Below, in pieces: positions 1-13,129 of a DNA stretch of 45,207 nucleotides. Location: positions 7,722,831 through 7,768,037 of the forward strand of contig NC_069004.1 of NCBI RefSeq assembly GCF_001194135.2, written 5' to 3'. The first letter of the stretch is position 1. Every line of letters starts with the position of its first letter. Position numbers and translations under genes: made by a program. The notes under the pieces were generated by a model, which saw only the letters and a list, made by a program, of their open reading frames with translations, searched no databases and was not told the DNA's origin. The stretch comes from Octopus bimaculoides (taxonomy: Eukaryota).

Positions 1-234
1 TATATATATATATGCATATATATACATATATTTCCAACTGACTTCTTCATTATGCATATAGGTATATATATATATATATGTATATACGTGGTGGAAAACA
101 AATATTCCCAGATGCAATACAAGGCATTGGTTTTCATGGCTTCAGATTTTAAGTAATAGTAATAGGAAGTGTTATCATGTATTTGGGTTGTCTTGGTATA
201 AAACATGGGTTACAATAAATATTCTGCTTAATAC

Positions 235-525
235 CACAAATTTGCTTGTCAGCTGTTTGACCTTAACCAGCCGAGCATGTCCCTTGGTGGTTGACGATAT
301 GTGCTCCTCTGATCACGAGGAGAGCTAGTGGCGGGGCATCATGGCCATGTGTTGAGAATAATTCTTTGGGCTTTGAGTAACTCACCTCTGGAAATATGGG
401 GAAACATCCTCACTCAACCTATATTCAGAGACCTATTGATTGAGATGGACTACTCGACCTGACGAAGATTCTAATTAGGCCCCACCTGCAAGGTCATGTG
501 CTGTTTATATTGATATGAAATCCCA
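235..525 (+). repeat. Dispersed repeat family B, partial copy
   Basis: 330-522 aligns by eye with the reverse complement of 13621-13826 (shared GGCCCCACCTGC, GTCATGTGCT, TTGATATGAAATC). The 5' boundary is approximate. Confidence 0.7.
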
Positions 526-668
526 TGCAAGATTGATGTCTTGCAAAAAGCAGCCCTATTGGGTACAGCGCACATCTTAAGGAAACTATTATCTGTGTGA
601 GGTCCATTTTAGTTGACCGATGACTAAAGACTCCGGTGTATTTTTACCTGCACTGTGCTACGAAGGAA
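523..668 (+). mobile_element. 3' end of an R4/Dong-type RLE LINE (ORF C-terminus plus short 3' UTR)
   Basis: 523-600 translates PCKIDVLQKAALLGTAHILRKLLSV*, matching the LQKxxLLGTAxILRK terminus of R4/Dong-clade ORFs. It is followed by an (AAT/GAT)n array at about 669-736. Confidence 0.7.
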
Positions 669-700
669 TAATAATGATGATGATGATGATGATGATGATG

Positions 701-736
<36 letters not shown>

Positions 737-803
737 TATATATATATGATGGGAAACGGTATACATACATAGATATACACACGCATTTATGTGCCTATGG
801 GCG

Positions 804-873
804 TTATAAACGGGCGTGCTCGCGCACGATGACATTTTCGATACTGCTCTTCTCTGACGACATTAATATATCA
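804..873 (-). CDS. Candidate terminal coding exon (unverified)
   Basis: Acceptor GCATTCAG near the end of a long pyrimidine-rich stretch; one leading base then DILMSSEKSSIENVIVREHARL*. No family recognised. Confidence 0.15.
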
Positions 874-1254
874 CTGAATGCAAATTCCTTGAATGTTAAA
901 GGAATGATTAGAATGAAGAAAGAAAAAACCATATCAAATATAAACAAAATAAGCGTTGAAAGATGCAACAGGAGAATTGGAAATCATGAAAACAATTAAC
1001 TCGATATCGCCAACACTTTCGTTTTTTAACGATTCAATGAGATATAATAAAATTTGTTTTTCAGGAAGGCAATTGTTTGAAAATTGTAATCTCTCTAGTA
1101 ATTCTTTAAATCGTTATGGATCTGAGACTACATTTCTGGCACTATCTCTATACATCGATTAATATTATTAGAATTATTATTAGTATCAGTTTTGATATCA
1201 TCGTCATCATCATGATCATCATCATCATCATAATTATTAGTACTATTATTGCAT

Positions 1255-1390
1255 AAGGCGGCGAGCGAAAAGAATCGTTAGCACGGTGGACTAAACGCTT
1301 CGCCGTATTTCTCCCGTCGCTGAGTTCTGAATTCAAATTCCGTCGAGGTCAACTTTGCCTTGTCCTTTCAGGGTCGATAAATTAAGTACC
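1255..1390 (+). mobile_element. tRNA-derived SINE family A, 3'-shortened copy
   Basis: Head AAGGCGGCGAG, B-box-like GAATTCAAATTCC, body GAGGTCAACTTTGCC...GGGTCGATAAATTAAGTACC, followed by (ATT)n at 1391-1433. Confidence 0.8.
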
Positions 1391-1391
1391 A

Positions 1392-1430
<39 letters not shown>

Positions 1431-1434
<4 letters not shown>

Positions 1435-1700
1435 AGATCATGCGCTCTTCCAATCTTCTTCTTGTAGCCTTCCTGTTCTTCTGGCAGCAAATTCTGGCTG
1501 TGAAGGTGCTCACAAATGCTTTCTGAAAGCACTCCTTCTACACTAATGGTAAGTGAATGATTGGTCTATAATTGCTACCTGTATTACTCATGCTTTTGTC
1601 TTTCATAAAGAGTAATGTTTTTACACCTCCATTCAGGCAAGCCTTAAATTTCTCCCCCTGTCTTCCATGTGAGCCACAGCTTGTTCCCTCAGCCTCCCAT
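1431..1700 (-). mobile_element. R4/Dong-type LINE reverse-transcriptase N-terminal fragment, degenerate
   Basis: Minus strand reads KTLLFMKDKSMSNTGSNYRPIIHLPL (NYRPI at 1559-1573), then after a frameshift EHLHSQNLLPEEQEG (1467-1511) and HDLL (1431-1442), in the order expected for R4-clade RT. Confidence 0.7.
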
Positions 1701-2122
1701 GTAATTGTTGTTGTTGCTATTAAAACTTTCACTTAAAATTAACTTAGAAGAAATGCAGCACAAGATCTCTCTGATCCTATGACATCTTTCCCACAATGCC
1801 TCTGACGTGTCAGCAGTTTCGGTGTGGCCACCCAAACACTTCATTAATTCCAAACCGCAAGCCATGAAATGCAATACATGTTTCCTCAATTTCCACATAA
1901 TCTCTCTTTCTCTCTCTTTTTGCCTCAAGTTCATCCTCTCTTTGATTCTCTGTCAGTCTGACTATCTGTCTGTCTGTCTGTATGTTTGTATGTTTATATG
2001 GATGTATGTCTGTCTGTCTGTCTCTCTCTCTCTCACTCTTTCTCTATCTTTCTCTCTCCCCGCCTCCGCCTCCGCCTTTCTAGCTGTTGGCGCAATGGCC
2101 TTTTGTATGGTCTCTTCTAACC

Positions 2123-2330
2123 TTAAGGCAGCGATCCAACAGAACTGTTAGCAGAGTTGACACAAATACTTCGCGACATTTCTTCTGGCTACAACATTCA
2201 GAATTCAACTCCGATCGACTTTAGCAGTTCAGCGTTTCGAGATCGATAAAATACATAGCGATCGAGCACTAGAACCGACGTAATCGACTAATGCAAAGTT
2301 TAAGGTCGTGTGCCTATAAGAGAAATAATC
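2123..2330 (+). mobile_element. SINE family A, diverged copy
   Basis: AAGGCAGCG head, CAGAATTCAACTCC B-box remnant, GATCGATAAAATA and GTAATCGACT body motifs shared with other A copies. Confidence 0.6.
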
Positions 2331-2689
2331 ATCTGCTCTGTCTTCAACTGCTACGGCCTCACTGCCTCTGGCAGTAGACAACCGTTACTAAATTTTCTTT
2401 TCCCAAATCTACAAAGTGCCGTATTCTTGCAAAAACGATGGCATCTATTGAATCTCGTATGTAGTGTCAAGGTCACATTTCTCTAGAAACGATGACTGAA
2501 TGTGTTAAAAGTTGAAGTTTTGTAGTCTCACAATTAAACTAATGATTGTCGTCAGATCGAACCACTCCCCTAGGAATCTATTAGCGTTGTTTCGTATTCT
2601 CTTCAATCTTGTTAATGATATTCACCGGATTTTTAAAGGTTATAACCCACTCCCACATCCAGTTATCTATTCATCCATGCATATGTACA

Positions 2690-2706
2690 TGCATATATAC
2701 ATGCAT

Positions 2707-2750
<44 letters not shown>

Positions 2751-3230
2751 ACATATATATATATACATATATACATATATATATATGTGCATATTCATGG
2801 CTATACGCATATATTTGTATATATATATAACATACGTATCAATACATATATATGTATATATACATATGTGTATATACATAGATGCATATTCACATATATC
2901 CATATATATACACACATATCTATATACATATAAATAAATAAATATATATATATACCTATAAATATGTATACATTTATACACACACACTCACACACACACA
3001 CACATATATATATATAATAAATATGTGTGCGTGTATACGCATACATATATTTTTGTATCACCTATGTATTTACTACATAGCCAAGTTATCTACACACCCA
3101 TAAACACATACACACACACCACACACACCCATACACACGCACCTCAATATACATTTATATATCAGTATTTAAATTCATTAATACATATAATACATGTTTA
3201 TACGTGTATACACATATATATAAAATTACA
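2690..3230. repeat. Compound (CA)n/(TA)n microsatellite field
   Basis: Directly visible dinucleotide arrays. Confidence 0.95.
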
Positions 3231-3738
3231 TAGAGAGACAGAGGTATGACGAAGAAGACAGATAGAGAGAAATGAGAAAATGGGAAGATAGGGAAGATAG
3301 TGTGGGCTGACGGAAAGGTATTCCAATAGACAGACCTACTCAAGTTTGTTTCGGTTGACATTTCTAAGAGAGTTTGTCTATTTATCCGAAAGTGAAAGAT
3401 AAATGTTACTTCCAGCGATCAAGATTTACTGTTGAATTAATATACTATGAAGCAAATACATACTTAAAACAGTCTCCTGTGTTTTGGAAGTAATGTACTA
3501 TAGACTTTATACTAGCTTCTGAACTAATCAAACGAAATATTTTTAATGATGCTGGGAATTAAGTTGTTGGCGTGTTTAGTGGAGGATATACAACTTCATG
3601 GATGAGAAGTAATGCAGAACAGTTTTGTGATATAACGTTTTTTTTATGTGATGTAACTGGTGAACGAAGCAGTTTCAAAAGGGGAGACTTTACCCTAAAT
3701 CCAGTGTATGTATGTACGTATGTTGTGTGTGTGCATGC

Positions 3739-3778
<40 letters not shown>

Positions 3779-4669
3779 NNNNNNNNNNNNNNNNNNNNNN
3801 NNNNNNNNNNNNNNNNNNNNNNNNNNNNNNNNNNNNNNNNNNNNNNNNNNNNNNNNNNNNNNNNNNNNNNNNNNNNNNNNNNNNNNNNNNNNNNNNNNNN
3901 NNNNNNNNNNNNNNNNNNNNNNNNNNNNNNNNNNNNNNNNNNNNNNNNNNNNNNNNNNNNNNNNNNNNNNNNNNNNNNNNNNNNNNNNNNNNNNNNNNNN
4001 NNNNNNNNNNNNNNNNNNNNNNNNNNNNNNNNNNNNNNNNNNNNNNNNNNNNNNNNNNNNNNNNNNNNNNNNNNNNNNNNNNNNNNNNNNNNNNNNNNNN
4101 NNNNNNNNNNNNNNNNNNNNNNNNNNNNNNNNNNNNNNNNNNNNNNNNNNNNNNNNNNNNNNNNNNNNNNNNNNNNNNNNNNNNNNNNNNNNNNNNNNNN
4201 NNNNNNNNNNNNNNNNNNNCTTATTTATCTCGCCTTTCATACGAGAAACATAAATATTTCTGCATATTTTTTAACTTTAAGCTGAAGACCTGAAGAAGCA
4301 TATTTTTGATGGCTATCGCCGAACATAGTTTTCAGTACGGAAATTATCGACACCATTTAGAAATTAAAATAGCCCAGAGCATATTAGTAAAATATGATTA
4401 ATTAATATTAGTGAACGATGACAGAAATACTAACCAGCAAATATTTTCGAAGCATAAAATAAATTATAATTTAAAAAATTATAAGCCCCAGGCCAAGACA
4501 ATAGCAAAGACGTCAAATAACCAATGGAAACGCAACAATAAACCTGCCGCAATCCTGAAGCCAATGTTAATTCCTAGAGCAAAGCAACACCGCCGATTCT
4601 CCAGCTTAACACATGTGTGTGTATATATGTATGTTTGTATGTATGTGCGTACGTACGCACATACATACA

Positions 4670-5045
4670 TACTTGTTTCAGTCATTTGACTGCGGCCATG
4701 CTTGAGCGCCACCTTGAAGAGTCTTAGCCTAACAAATCGACACTAGGACTTAATTTTTAAATCTAAAACTTATTTTACCAGCTCCCTTTGCTGGACTGTT
4801 ATATTAAGGGGATGTAGACACACCTACACCGGTTGTCAAGCGGGGGTAGCAGACAAACACAGACCCAAACCCACACACTCACGCATACGATATATGTATA
4901 CACATTTCCGTCTACCAAATTCACTCACAAGGATTTGGTCGGCCCAAAGATATAGTAGAAGACATTTGCTCAAAGTGCCACACAATTGGGATGAACCCAG
5001 AACCATGCGGTTGGGAAGCAAGCTTCTTACCACACAGCTACGCCT
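4670..5045 (-). mobile_element. tRNA-derived SINE family C, near full length
   Basis: Minus-strand head AGGCGTAGCTGTGTGGTAAGAAGCTTGCTTCCCAACC with A-box-like TAGCTGTGTGG and B-box-like GGGTTCATCCC, internal TG/TA-rich spacer, tail CATGGCCGCAGTCAAATGACTGAAACAAGTA. Confidence 0.85.
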
Positions 5046-5100
5046 ATGTACGCGCGCGCGCGTATGTGTATGTGTATGTGTGTGTGTGTGTGTATATGTA

Positions 5101-5230
5101 CGAGGTCTGATCAATAAGTATCCGGGCTGTTGCCAAAGTAACAAAACTAAAGCACACAGAGTAGAGCCCCTTGGCACACACTGACTTTATATACTGCTGT
5201 GTAAGCACACTAAGTTTTAATGTTCTAGCT
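5101..5230 (+). mobile_element. Mariner-type terminal fragment
   Basis: TA followed by CGAGGTCTGATCAATAAGTATCCGG resembles mariner TA-CGAGG TIRs. No partner TIR found, and the right boundary is uncertain. Confidence 0.45.
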
Positions 5231-5499
5231 CTCTTCCATTGTTTAATTTTTCCCCATTTCCCTACAACTACAAGCTACAGCAAAATAATACACTACTTCA
5301 CCAAGAGCTATGCAGTTGTTTAGCGAAATACTAAACCATATTACGTTGCCGCCATCTACTAAGACAGATGTTGAAGTTCACACGAACAATAATATAAAGC
5401 CCCGTAAAATTTCAATGAGTAAAAAAAAAAAAAACATGACAACGTACATAATATATTAGTTATTATTGCTCTGCCTTTAGTAAAACGGGTAATCTTTTC

Positions 5500-5849
5500 T
5501 TTTATTTCTTTTACTTGTTTCAGTCATTTGATCTGACCATGCTGGAGCTTGCTCCAGGACTTATTCTTTGTAAACTTCGTACTTATTCTATCGGTCACTT
5601 TTCCCGAACCACTAAGTTACGGGACCGCAAATACACCAGTATCGGTTGTCAAGCGATGATGGGGGAAAAGACAGACACACAAATACACACACACATATGT
5701 AAGTGTGTATATATATATATATATATATATACGATGGGTTTCTTTCAGTTTCCATCTACCAAATCCACTCACAAGACTTAGGTCGGCTCGAGGCTATAGT
5801 AGAAGACACTTGCTGAGGGTGACACGCAGTGGGACTGGACCCGGAACCT
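5500..5849 (-). mobile_element. SINE family C, head truncated
   Basis: Same body and tail as 4670-5045, internal (CA)/(TA)n at about 5680-5730, ends just beyond the B-box region. Confidence 0.85.
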
Positions 5850-6320
5850 ATGATAAAAGTTACATCATAACTCTCGTTAATTTTAGGCCGACATCGGTGC
5901 ATCAATATTTTAAGCTAATAAGACATGAAGTCACTTCCCACTCGCAGACAACGAGCATAATATCAAATAACATTAACTTGTAGAAATGCAAATATATACC
6001 GACATTTTACCGCTATTTACTTGAAGCGAAAATTACAAGAACGAAGACTATGCGAATTGAAATAGTTCAGTCATAATGCCAACATAATTCTAGCTGATCT
6101 GTTTTGATGGATGCTGAAGAGCAACGTTGCATTATTCGCATATTCTTTAAAACAGCTGCACGAAGAACTGAGCAGTACAGACAGCTCTTGAAATACTCTT
6201 AATTTTCAACTTGTTACTGTATAATATACTTCCTTCATTGTTTAACGTGTCCGTAGATTCGGTAGTGAAAGGGTTGGTGGCACAGCGATACTAATGTTTC
6301 CTTTTGGCCCACTCAGCGTA

Positions 6321-6380
<60 letters not shown>

Positions 6381-6455
6381 AATAATAAATGAGTATATGC
6401 ATATATACGTACAAGTATGTGCATACCTGCATCTACCTGTATATTTAGGTGCATA

Positions 6456-6590
6456 GCTGGGTACAGGACATTGCAAACAAAACGTAGGCAAAAAAATAAT
6501 AATAACCAGAGTACAGAAAACACACAGGCTACATAGAGAACATTTCTCTTCATCAGCTACCCCCATTCTAACACAGGCGTTTCGAAGAGT
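6456..6590. repeat. Dispersed repeat beginning GGGTACAGGACAT, related to 34156-34241
   Basis: Both loci start GGGTACAGGACAT next to a (TA)-rich tract and continue in A-rich sequence. Class unknown. Confidence 0.45.
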
Positions 6591-6606
6591 ATATATATAT
6601 ATATAG

Positions 6607-6637
<31 letters not shown>

Positions 6638-6834
6638 TATATATATATTATGCGCATACACACACACACATATATATATATATATGTATATATGTGTGTG
6701 TGTGTATACAGTGACAGGTAGACAGATCTACCCACCGGGCTCCATGTGTCCTCCGTACAAATATATACGTCCTCTTTATATATACGTATGTGTGTATATA
6801 TTCAGAGAGAGAGAGAGAGAGAGAGAGACAGATC

Positions 6835-6877
<43 letters not shown>

Positions 6878-7718
6878 TGATGGTTCAAGATCGTATTTCG
6901 TTTTATGTTAATGTAGCAAAACACAATCTTGTTCATATTTTTATGAATAAATATACATTTCTAATATTTCACAGAAGATATTAAGGTATCAATTCAATAT
7001 GTATGCATGTACGTATAAATATATACAGATGTGTGTGTATGTATGTGTGCATGTGTGTGTGTGTGTGTGTATTTATACATAGATACATATCGATATATTT
7101 ATAGCTTTATATTCATAAATTCATATGCATATCGACACGTACGTATGTATTTATTTATGCATATGATATAGATCTATATATAGATATGTATATATATGCA
7201 CATATTTATATAGATACATTTATGTATACACACATACAAACACATATACTTGCTTCGATATAGATACGTACAACCATACATACACATATATATACATGCA
7301 TGCATACATACACACACATACATAGATACGTATGCGCATACATACATACGTACATACACACATACATTCCAATGTGATTTAATTTAGAACAGAATGGCTT
7401 CTGAGTAAGATATTAGAATTGTAAATTTATTTCGAGGAGACCTCTTCCGTTTTGTTTACTTCAATATCAGAAAAGCTTTCTGCGGGATTATCTAACAGGA
7501 ATTATGCAACTCAAAATTTATGATGTTCATACATAATGCTAGAGATATTTAACAGCTACTTCCATCGTTCCGTGCAACCAGGTTTCAGTTTTAGGCACGC
7601 ACACACGTTCCGTACGTCCTAACACGCATACGCACATACATGTACACTATATATGCATATATATATACATATATACATATATATTTATATATATATATAT
7701 ATTTACATACATACACAC

Positions 7719-7754
<36 letters not shown>

Positions 7755-8096
7755 NNNNNNNNNNNNNNNNNNNNNNNNNNNNNNNNNNNNNNNNNNNNNN
7801 NNNNNNNNNNNNNNNNNNNNNNNNNNNNNNNNNNNNNNNNNNNNNNNNNNNNNNNNNNNNNNNNNNNNNNNNNNNNNNNNNNNNNNNNNNNNNNNNNNNN
7901 NNNNNNNNNNNNNNNNNNNNNNNNNNNNNNNNNNNNNNNNNNNNNNNNNNNNNNNNNATCCACGTATGCATACATCTGCGCATACATATGCATACACACA
8001 TATAAACGCATACATAGACACAGACCTACATACATATACACAAATGATGGGTCTCTACTCGTGCAGTAGCCATGATGTGATAATAAATTATCTTAC

Positions 8097-8135
8097 CTCA
8101 TAAGATACAGACAAATGCTGCCAGCAATGGCTACA
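8097..8135 (-). CDS. Candidate 39-nt internal exon (unverified)
   Basis: Acceptor CTTTAAATTTCAG and donor GAG|GTAAGA. The phase 2-2 reading is VAIAGSICLYLM. Confidence 0.3.
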
Positions 8136-8267
8136 CTGAAATTTAAAGTGGATAACTGTTAGCATAGCGCCCCTAAAATTTTCCCTAATGGAAAAATAAC
8201 GTGATCTATGGAACTCTTATATTCAGGCTGTAGATTTTAATGGTTTGTTCATATTATTCCTTAAGGA

Positions 8268-8488
8268 GAATAGGGCCTGTTTCCTGGATTCTCTGGCGTA
8301 TATATTCCTTCCTGGAATGGACGTCGGCCCGCCAATAAATTTCTCATTTATGCTAGTTGATTGGACTGGAGCAACGTGAAGTGAAATGTTTTGTTGAAGA
8401 TTACAACGTATCGCCCAGTCCAGGAATCGAAACCACATTCGTACGATCATGAGTCCAGCACCCTAACCCCTAAGCCATGTGCCGCCAC
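8268..8488 (-). mobile_element. tRNA-derived SINE family D
   Basis: Minus-strand head with A-box-like TGGCTTAGGGG and B-box-like GGTTTCGATTCC; body TTCACGTTGCTCCAGTCCA shared with 35364-35665. Confidence 0.8.
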
Positions 8489-9948
8489 TTAGACTTTAAT
8501 GGTATACTTTTCTTCGAAGATAACAATGGACCATGTAGCAATAAATTTTTATGAAACCTTCGAAATTTTGGAGTTCTCCAAGAAACAATTCATCGATCAT
8601 CGATCCCTTCACTCACAATCGATTAGTGTGGCAGTGAATAATTTGTAAGACATTCCAAGGATTCCTTATACGAGGTGCCTGGATTCAACATATGCACACA
8701 ATCAGATTATGCTTACGACGCACACATACACTCACACTCACACACACACACACACAAACATACTCACAAATACATATATGCAAATTTACAAAGACACATG
8801 CACTACGGTTCCAAAGTGAAAAGCATTTCCATTATATCAGTGCACGCTTCTGTGCACATGCGTCTTAATATATGCACACACTAATATACATATCAACAGA
8901 ACTGAAGAGCTATCTCGATTTAAACAACTGAGGCTTGTAATACAGTTAGTGAATCGTCTGCAAAACAACATGTTTAATTAACCTCATCTCCACAAGAAAT
9001 ATAAACTCTGTTCATATACAAAAGTATAGTTTTTTTAATGCAAAGTAAGTATATATAACGGCGCAAAACCGTTTATTATCAGGCATTATGGTAAGGAATT
9101 ATGACAAGACGTTGACTGATGTATAATTAGCTACGAAATTTCCTGTTATGCTTTTCTTAAATTTTTCTGTTTATGTTAAATCCTTGATATCTTTCCAGCC
9201 TTAGAATTTAAGATCCAAGGAGGATAACTCTTTTACCTCTTTACTCTTTACTTTTTATCTTCAGTTTTTGTATGTTCGTTTCTTTTTCCGTTTTTTTACC
9301 TCTGCATTTTCTATATGCTGCCTTCTCAGTGTTTTCGCGTATCTTCTCTTATTCATTTCTTTTAGTTCGTTATAGTATGAGGTTTGCGTCTGAAGAATAT
9401 CTTTGAGATTTTTCTCAACATATGAAACTATCAATAGCACTTAAAGATATGTATTGTGTCCTCAAAATAAATATTGTGTCCAGCTAAAACAACGGTAACA
9501 TCGTCCTTTAAAGGTCTCCCACATTCTGTTAGCATATAAACATTACTATCCGGTATGTATAAAATCTTATGTATAAAATCGAAGGAGGTCTTTACGTATA
9601 TATTAAAATTTAAGGTTTATATAATGGATGTATTTTCTTTTATACATTACGCAAACCTGAAACACGTATTAAAATATTACAAAATATCATCATTTGCGTT
9701 GACTTGATTATAATAACAATTATGACTCCTAGCTGGTGTTGACTTTACTTCTGCCGGTTCTCTAACAACAATTTGTATTACTTTGTGCTATTTCATTCCA
9801 CGCGAAAATTCTGGTACCATGCGTCGCTTTTTAGTGTAGGACGAAATAACTATACTCTCCATGAATGAGCAAACATATATATATATATATATATANNNNN
9901 NNNNNATACACCTACCTACCTACTTACCTACCTACCTACCTACCTACA

Positions 9949-9984
<36 letters not shown>

Positions 9985-9994
9985 TACATACATA

Positions 9995-11279
9995 TTGGGT
10001 TGGCAAGAAAATAAAGATAGTTACGACTTTTTGGAATGACTTTTATCAATGTTATGATTTTTTCCTTTTGACATTGACAGCCATTACTTTTAGCTTACTT
10101 TAGAAGCAAATCGCACGTAATTTTCTTTACAGTTGTTAGTTCAGTGTCAATTCTAACATGGAGTGGAAAAATAAAAACATTTTCACCATATTTTCCTTTT
10201 TTTATTTCCGTAAAGGCAAGAAAGCTGCTGAGGCTCACAGAGAGAAATGTTAAGTTTATGGCGTTGATTGCTTAACAGAACACACATGTCAGAAATGGTT
10301 TTTACAATTCCGTTCTGAAGATTTTTCACTCAAAGTTGACCAACGCTCTGGTCAGCCGACTGATGTTGATGACGACCGAATCAAAGCCATAATTGAATTT
10401 GATTGTTATATAACTGTGCGAGAGATTACTGAGATGTTAAATGCATCGCATACAACAATTGATAATCAATTAAAATGTTTTGGGTTTATTAAGAAGCTCG
10501 ATATTGGGGTTCCACATAAATTGAAAGAGATCCACTGAACGCAACGAAACAATATTTGTGATATGCATCTTAAACGCAATGAAATCGACTTTTTTTTTTA
10601 AACGAATCATCACTGATGATAAATGGATTGTCTACAATAACATCACAATCGAAACGATCATGGACCAAGCGTAATGAACCAGCAGAAACCGCATCGAAAG
10701 CTGCATTGCACCAAAAAAAGAACAAAAAAAAACGTCATGCTGTCAATTTGGTAAGACTACAAAGATGTTGTATATTTTGAGCTGCTTCCAAGGGACCAAA
10801 TGATAACTTCAGATGTTTACTGTCAACAAATAATGAAATTGGAGGAAGCATTCAAAGAAAAACGGCCAGATTTGGCAAATCGTAAAGGAATCGTGTTCCA
10901 CCATGACAACGCTAGACCATACACGTCTTTGCTAACTCGTGAAAAATTATTGGAGTTTCGTTGGGAAGTAATGTTACATCCACCATATAGCCCTGTCCTT
11001 GTACCATCAGATTACCTTATATCGAAATTTTCCAATAAGTCCTTGAATGGTAAAACTTTCAATAATTATGATGACCTGGAATCGCACTTGCTTCCGTTTT
11101 TGGCTGATGAGAACCAGCAGTTCTATAAGCGCGGAATCATGAAGATACCAGGAAGATGGCAAAACGGTCATCGAACAAAATGGAAAATATATAATTGCTT
11201 GAAGTTCATTCTTTATATGACAAAAAGGTGACTTCTATTTCATACAAAAAAAAACGAAAATACTTTCTTGCCAACCCCT
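9995..11279 (+). mobile_element. Full-length defective mariner transposon, mellifera-subfamily type
   Basis: 1285 bp between TA dinucleotides at 9993-9994 and 11280-11281. TIR core GGGTTGGCAAGAAA is present at both ends, with a transposase remnant inside. Confidence 0.95.
10158..11202 (+). pseudogene. Mariner D,D34D transposase pseudogene
   Basis: ATG at 10158; FLFYFRKGK, KWF..FRSEDFSL, GVPHKLKE (WVPHEL motif), ITDDKWIVYNN, FHHDNARP, HPPYSPVLVPSDY with 34 residues between the last two Asp, ending VIEQNGKYIIA*. Several stops and frameshifts. Confidence 0.95.
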
Positions 11280-11356
<77 letters not shown>

Positions 11357-11439
11357 GTATATATAAAATTTAGATTCGGCTGAACTGGGTACTTAAATTG
11401 AAGCCTTAATGAATTTACAGCTGTACATCTTTGTTACTC

Positions 11440-11518
<79 letters not shown>

Positions 11519-13129
11519 AAATAGCGAGAATTCACAAAAAAACGACAGACGAAAACAGGTGGTGTAGAAAACAAACGCTCGGGAATTGAAAAAGTATTTC
11601 TGGAACACAGAAAGAAAGAAGGAGAGAAAAAAAAGGAGGGAAAAAACAAGGAGAGGAAAAAATGTGTTTTGTGGTTAGTGATCTACCATGGCGAATGTAT
11701 ATAAATAATGTATATATATAAACGATTGCTTTGTGTTGTTATATGCACAAATAATTTAACATCAAACTCAGTGAATCCTTTTTAGTAGGGTGCATGCGTG
11801 TATGTGTCTGTACGCGTATATGTAAATATGTTTGGTAAATACGTGTTTTGTATATACACACACATGTAATATATACTTATACGAACGCATACACACAGGT
11901 ACACACATACATACACACGCCCACATACATATATGAATTTGTATTTCATTTTCTCTCCCTATATATATATGGCTATGTGTGTGTGTGGTGGAAAGAGACT
12001 GTGTATATATATGTGTGTATTTTTTCTATGTATCACTATGTGCATCTATGCTTTGTCCGTATATTTGTGCAAACAAATTCATTATTATTACGAGCGTACA
12101 TATTTGCATACCGATGTGTATTCCTAAAGCGAGTTAATTATTAATCAGCTACCTTCCAAAAGTGCAGAAACATTCTCATGCTGTAGTTATTTATAAGGGA
12201 GAAAATTTCTGATTTGAGGGCTCTAGGGATCAGGTATGTTGGATATTATTTTTAAAAGAAGGGATTGTGTACATTTGTTTTACAAAAAAACTAATGCGAT
12301 TTTGTTCAACTTCATGAATTAGAAGTCGAATGGGCACGGGATAAACTACCAGCATCAACTTCCTATAAAAGCAGGTAGTAATTTTACATTGTACTTGTTC
12401 TTAGTCCCAGTTTTGAAGAGTGCAGACCGACCGATTTCATGCCTATATGTATATGGATATACATATGTATTTATATCTATATATATATGTCTATATCTAT
12501 GTATATAGAGAAATATATATATATATATANNNNNNNNNNNNNNNNNNNNNNNNNNNNNNNNNNNNNNNNNNNNNNNNNNNNNNNNNNNNNNNNNNNNNNN
12601 NNNNNNNNNNNNNNNNNNNNNNNNNNNNNNNNNNNNNNNNNNNNNNNNNNNNNNNNNNNNNNNNNNNNNNNNNNNNNNNNNNNNNNNNNNNNNNNNNNNN
12701 NNNNNNNNNNNNNNNNNNNNNNNNNNNNNNNNNNNNNNNNNNNNNNNNNNNNNNNNNNNNNNNNNNNNNNNNNNNNNNNNNNNNNNNNNNNNNNNNNNNN
12801 NNNNNNNNNNNNNNNNNNNNNNNNNNNNNNNNNNNNCATTGCTATTCCTTTTCAATTTATTATTCCTTCACTTAAACAAATGGTGGCAGCAAAATGTTTT
12901 TAGTTTACTCACTATGTTACAATGACACACTTGCTACACATGCTGTGTACTTCTATAATTTTTCAATCAATAGACGCCATATTTTAAAAGGTTTTTCTCG
13001 TAATTTAGTGTAGTTCAAACCAAAACTGTAACTGCATGACGTTTAAAGAAAATTTTAAAAGGATAATAACATCATTAGAAAGTAGTGTGCTCCTAAATTC
13101 TTTTATAGTAGAGTGTTGTAATAGTTGTT

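Noticed and set aside
4275-4330. CTGAAGAAGC...GCCGAAC hammerhead-like motif
   Set aside because: The GAAA box is incomplete and no consistent stems form.
13070-13112. Possible Tc1-like terminal repeat (GTGCTCCTAAATTCTTTTATAGTAGAGTG)
   Set aside because: No partner TIR, TSD or transposase remnant is visible; the neighbouring gap may hide them.
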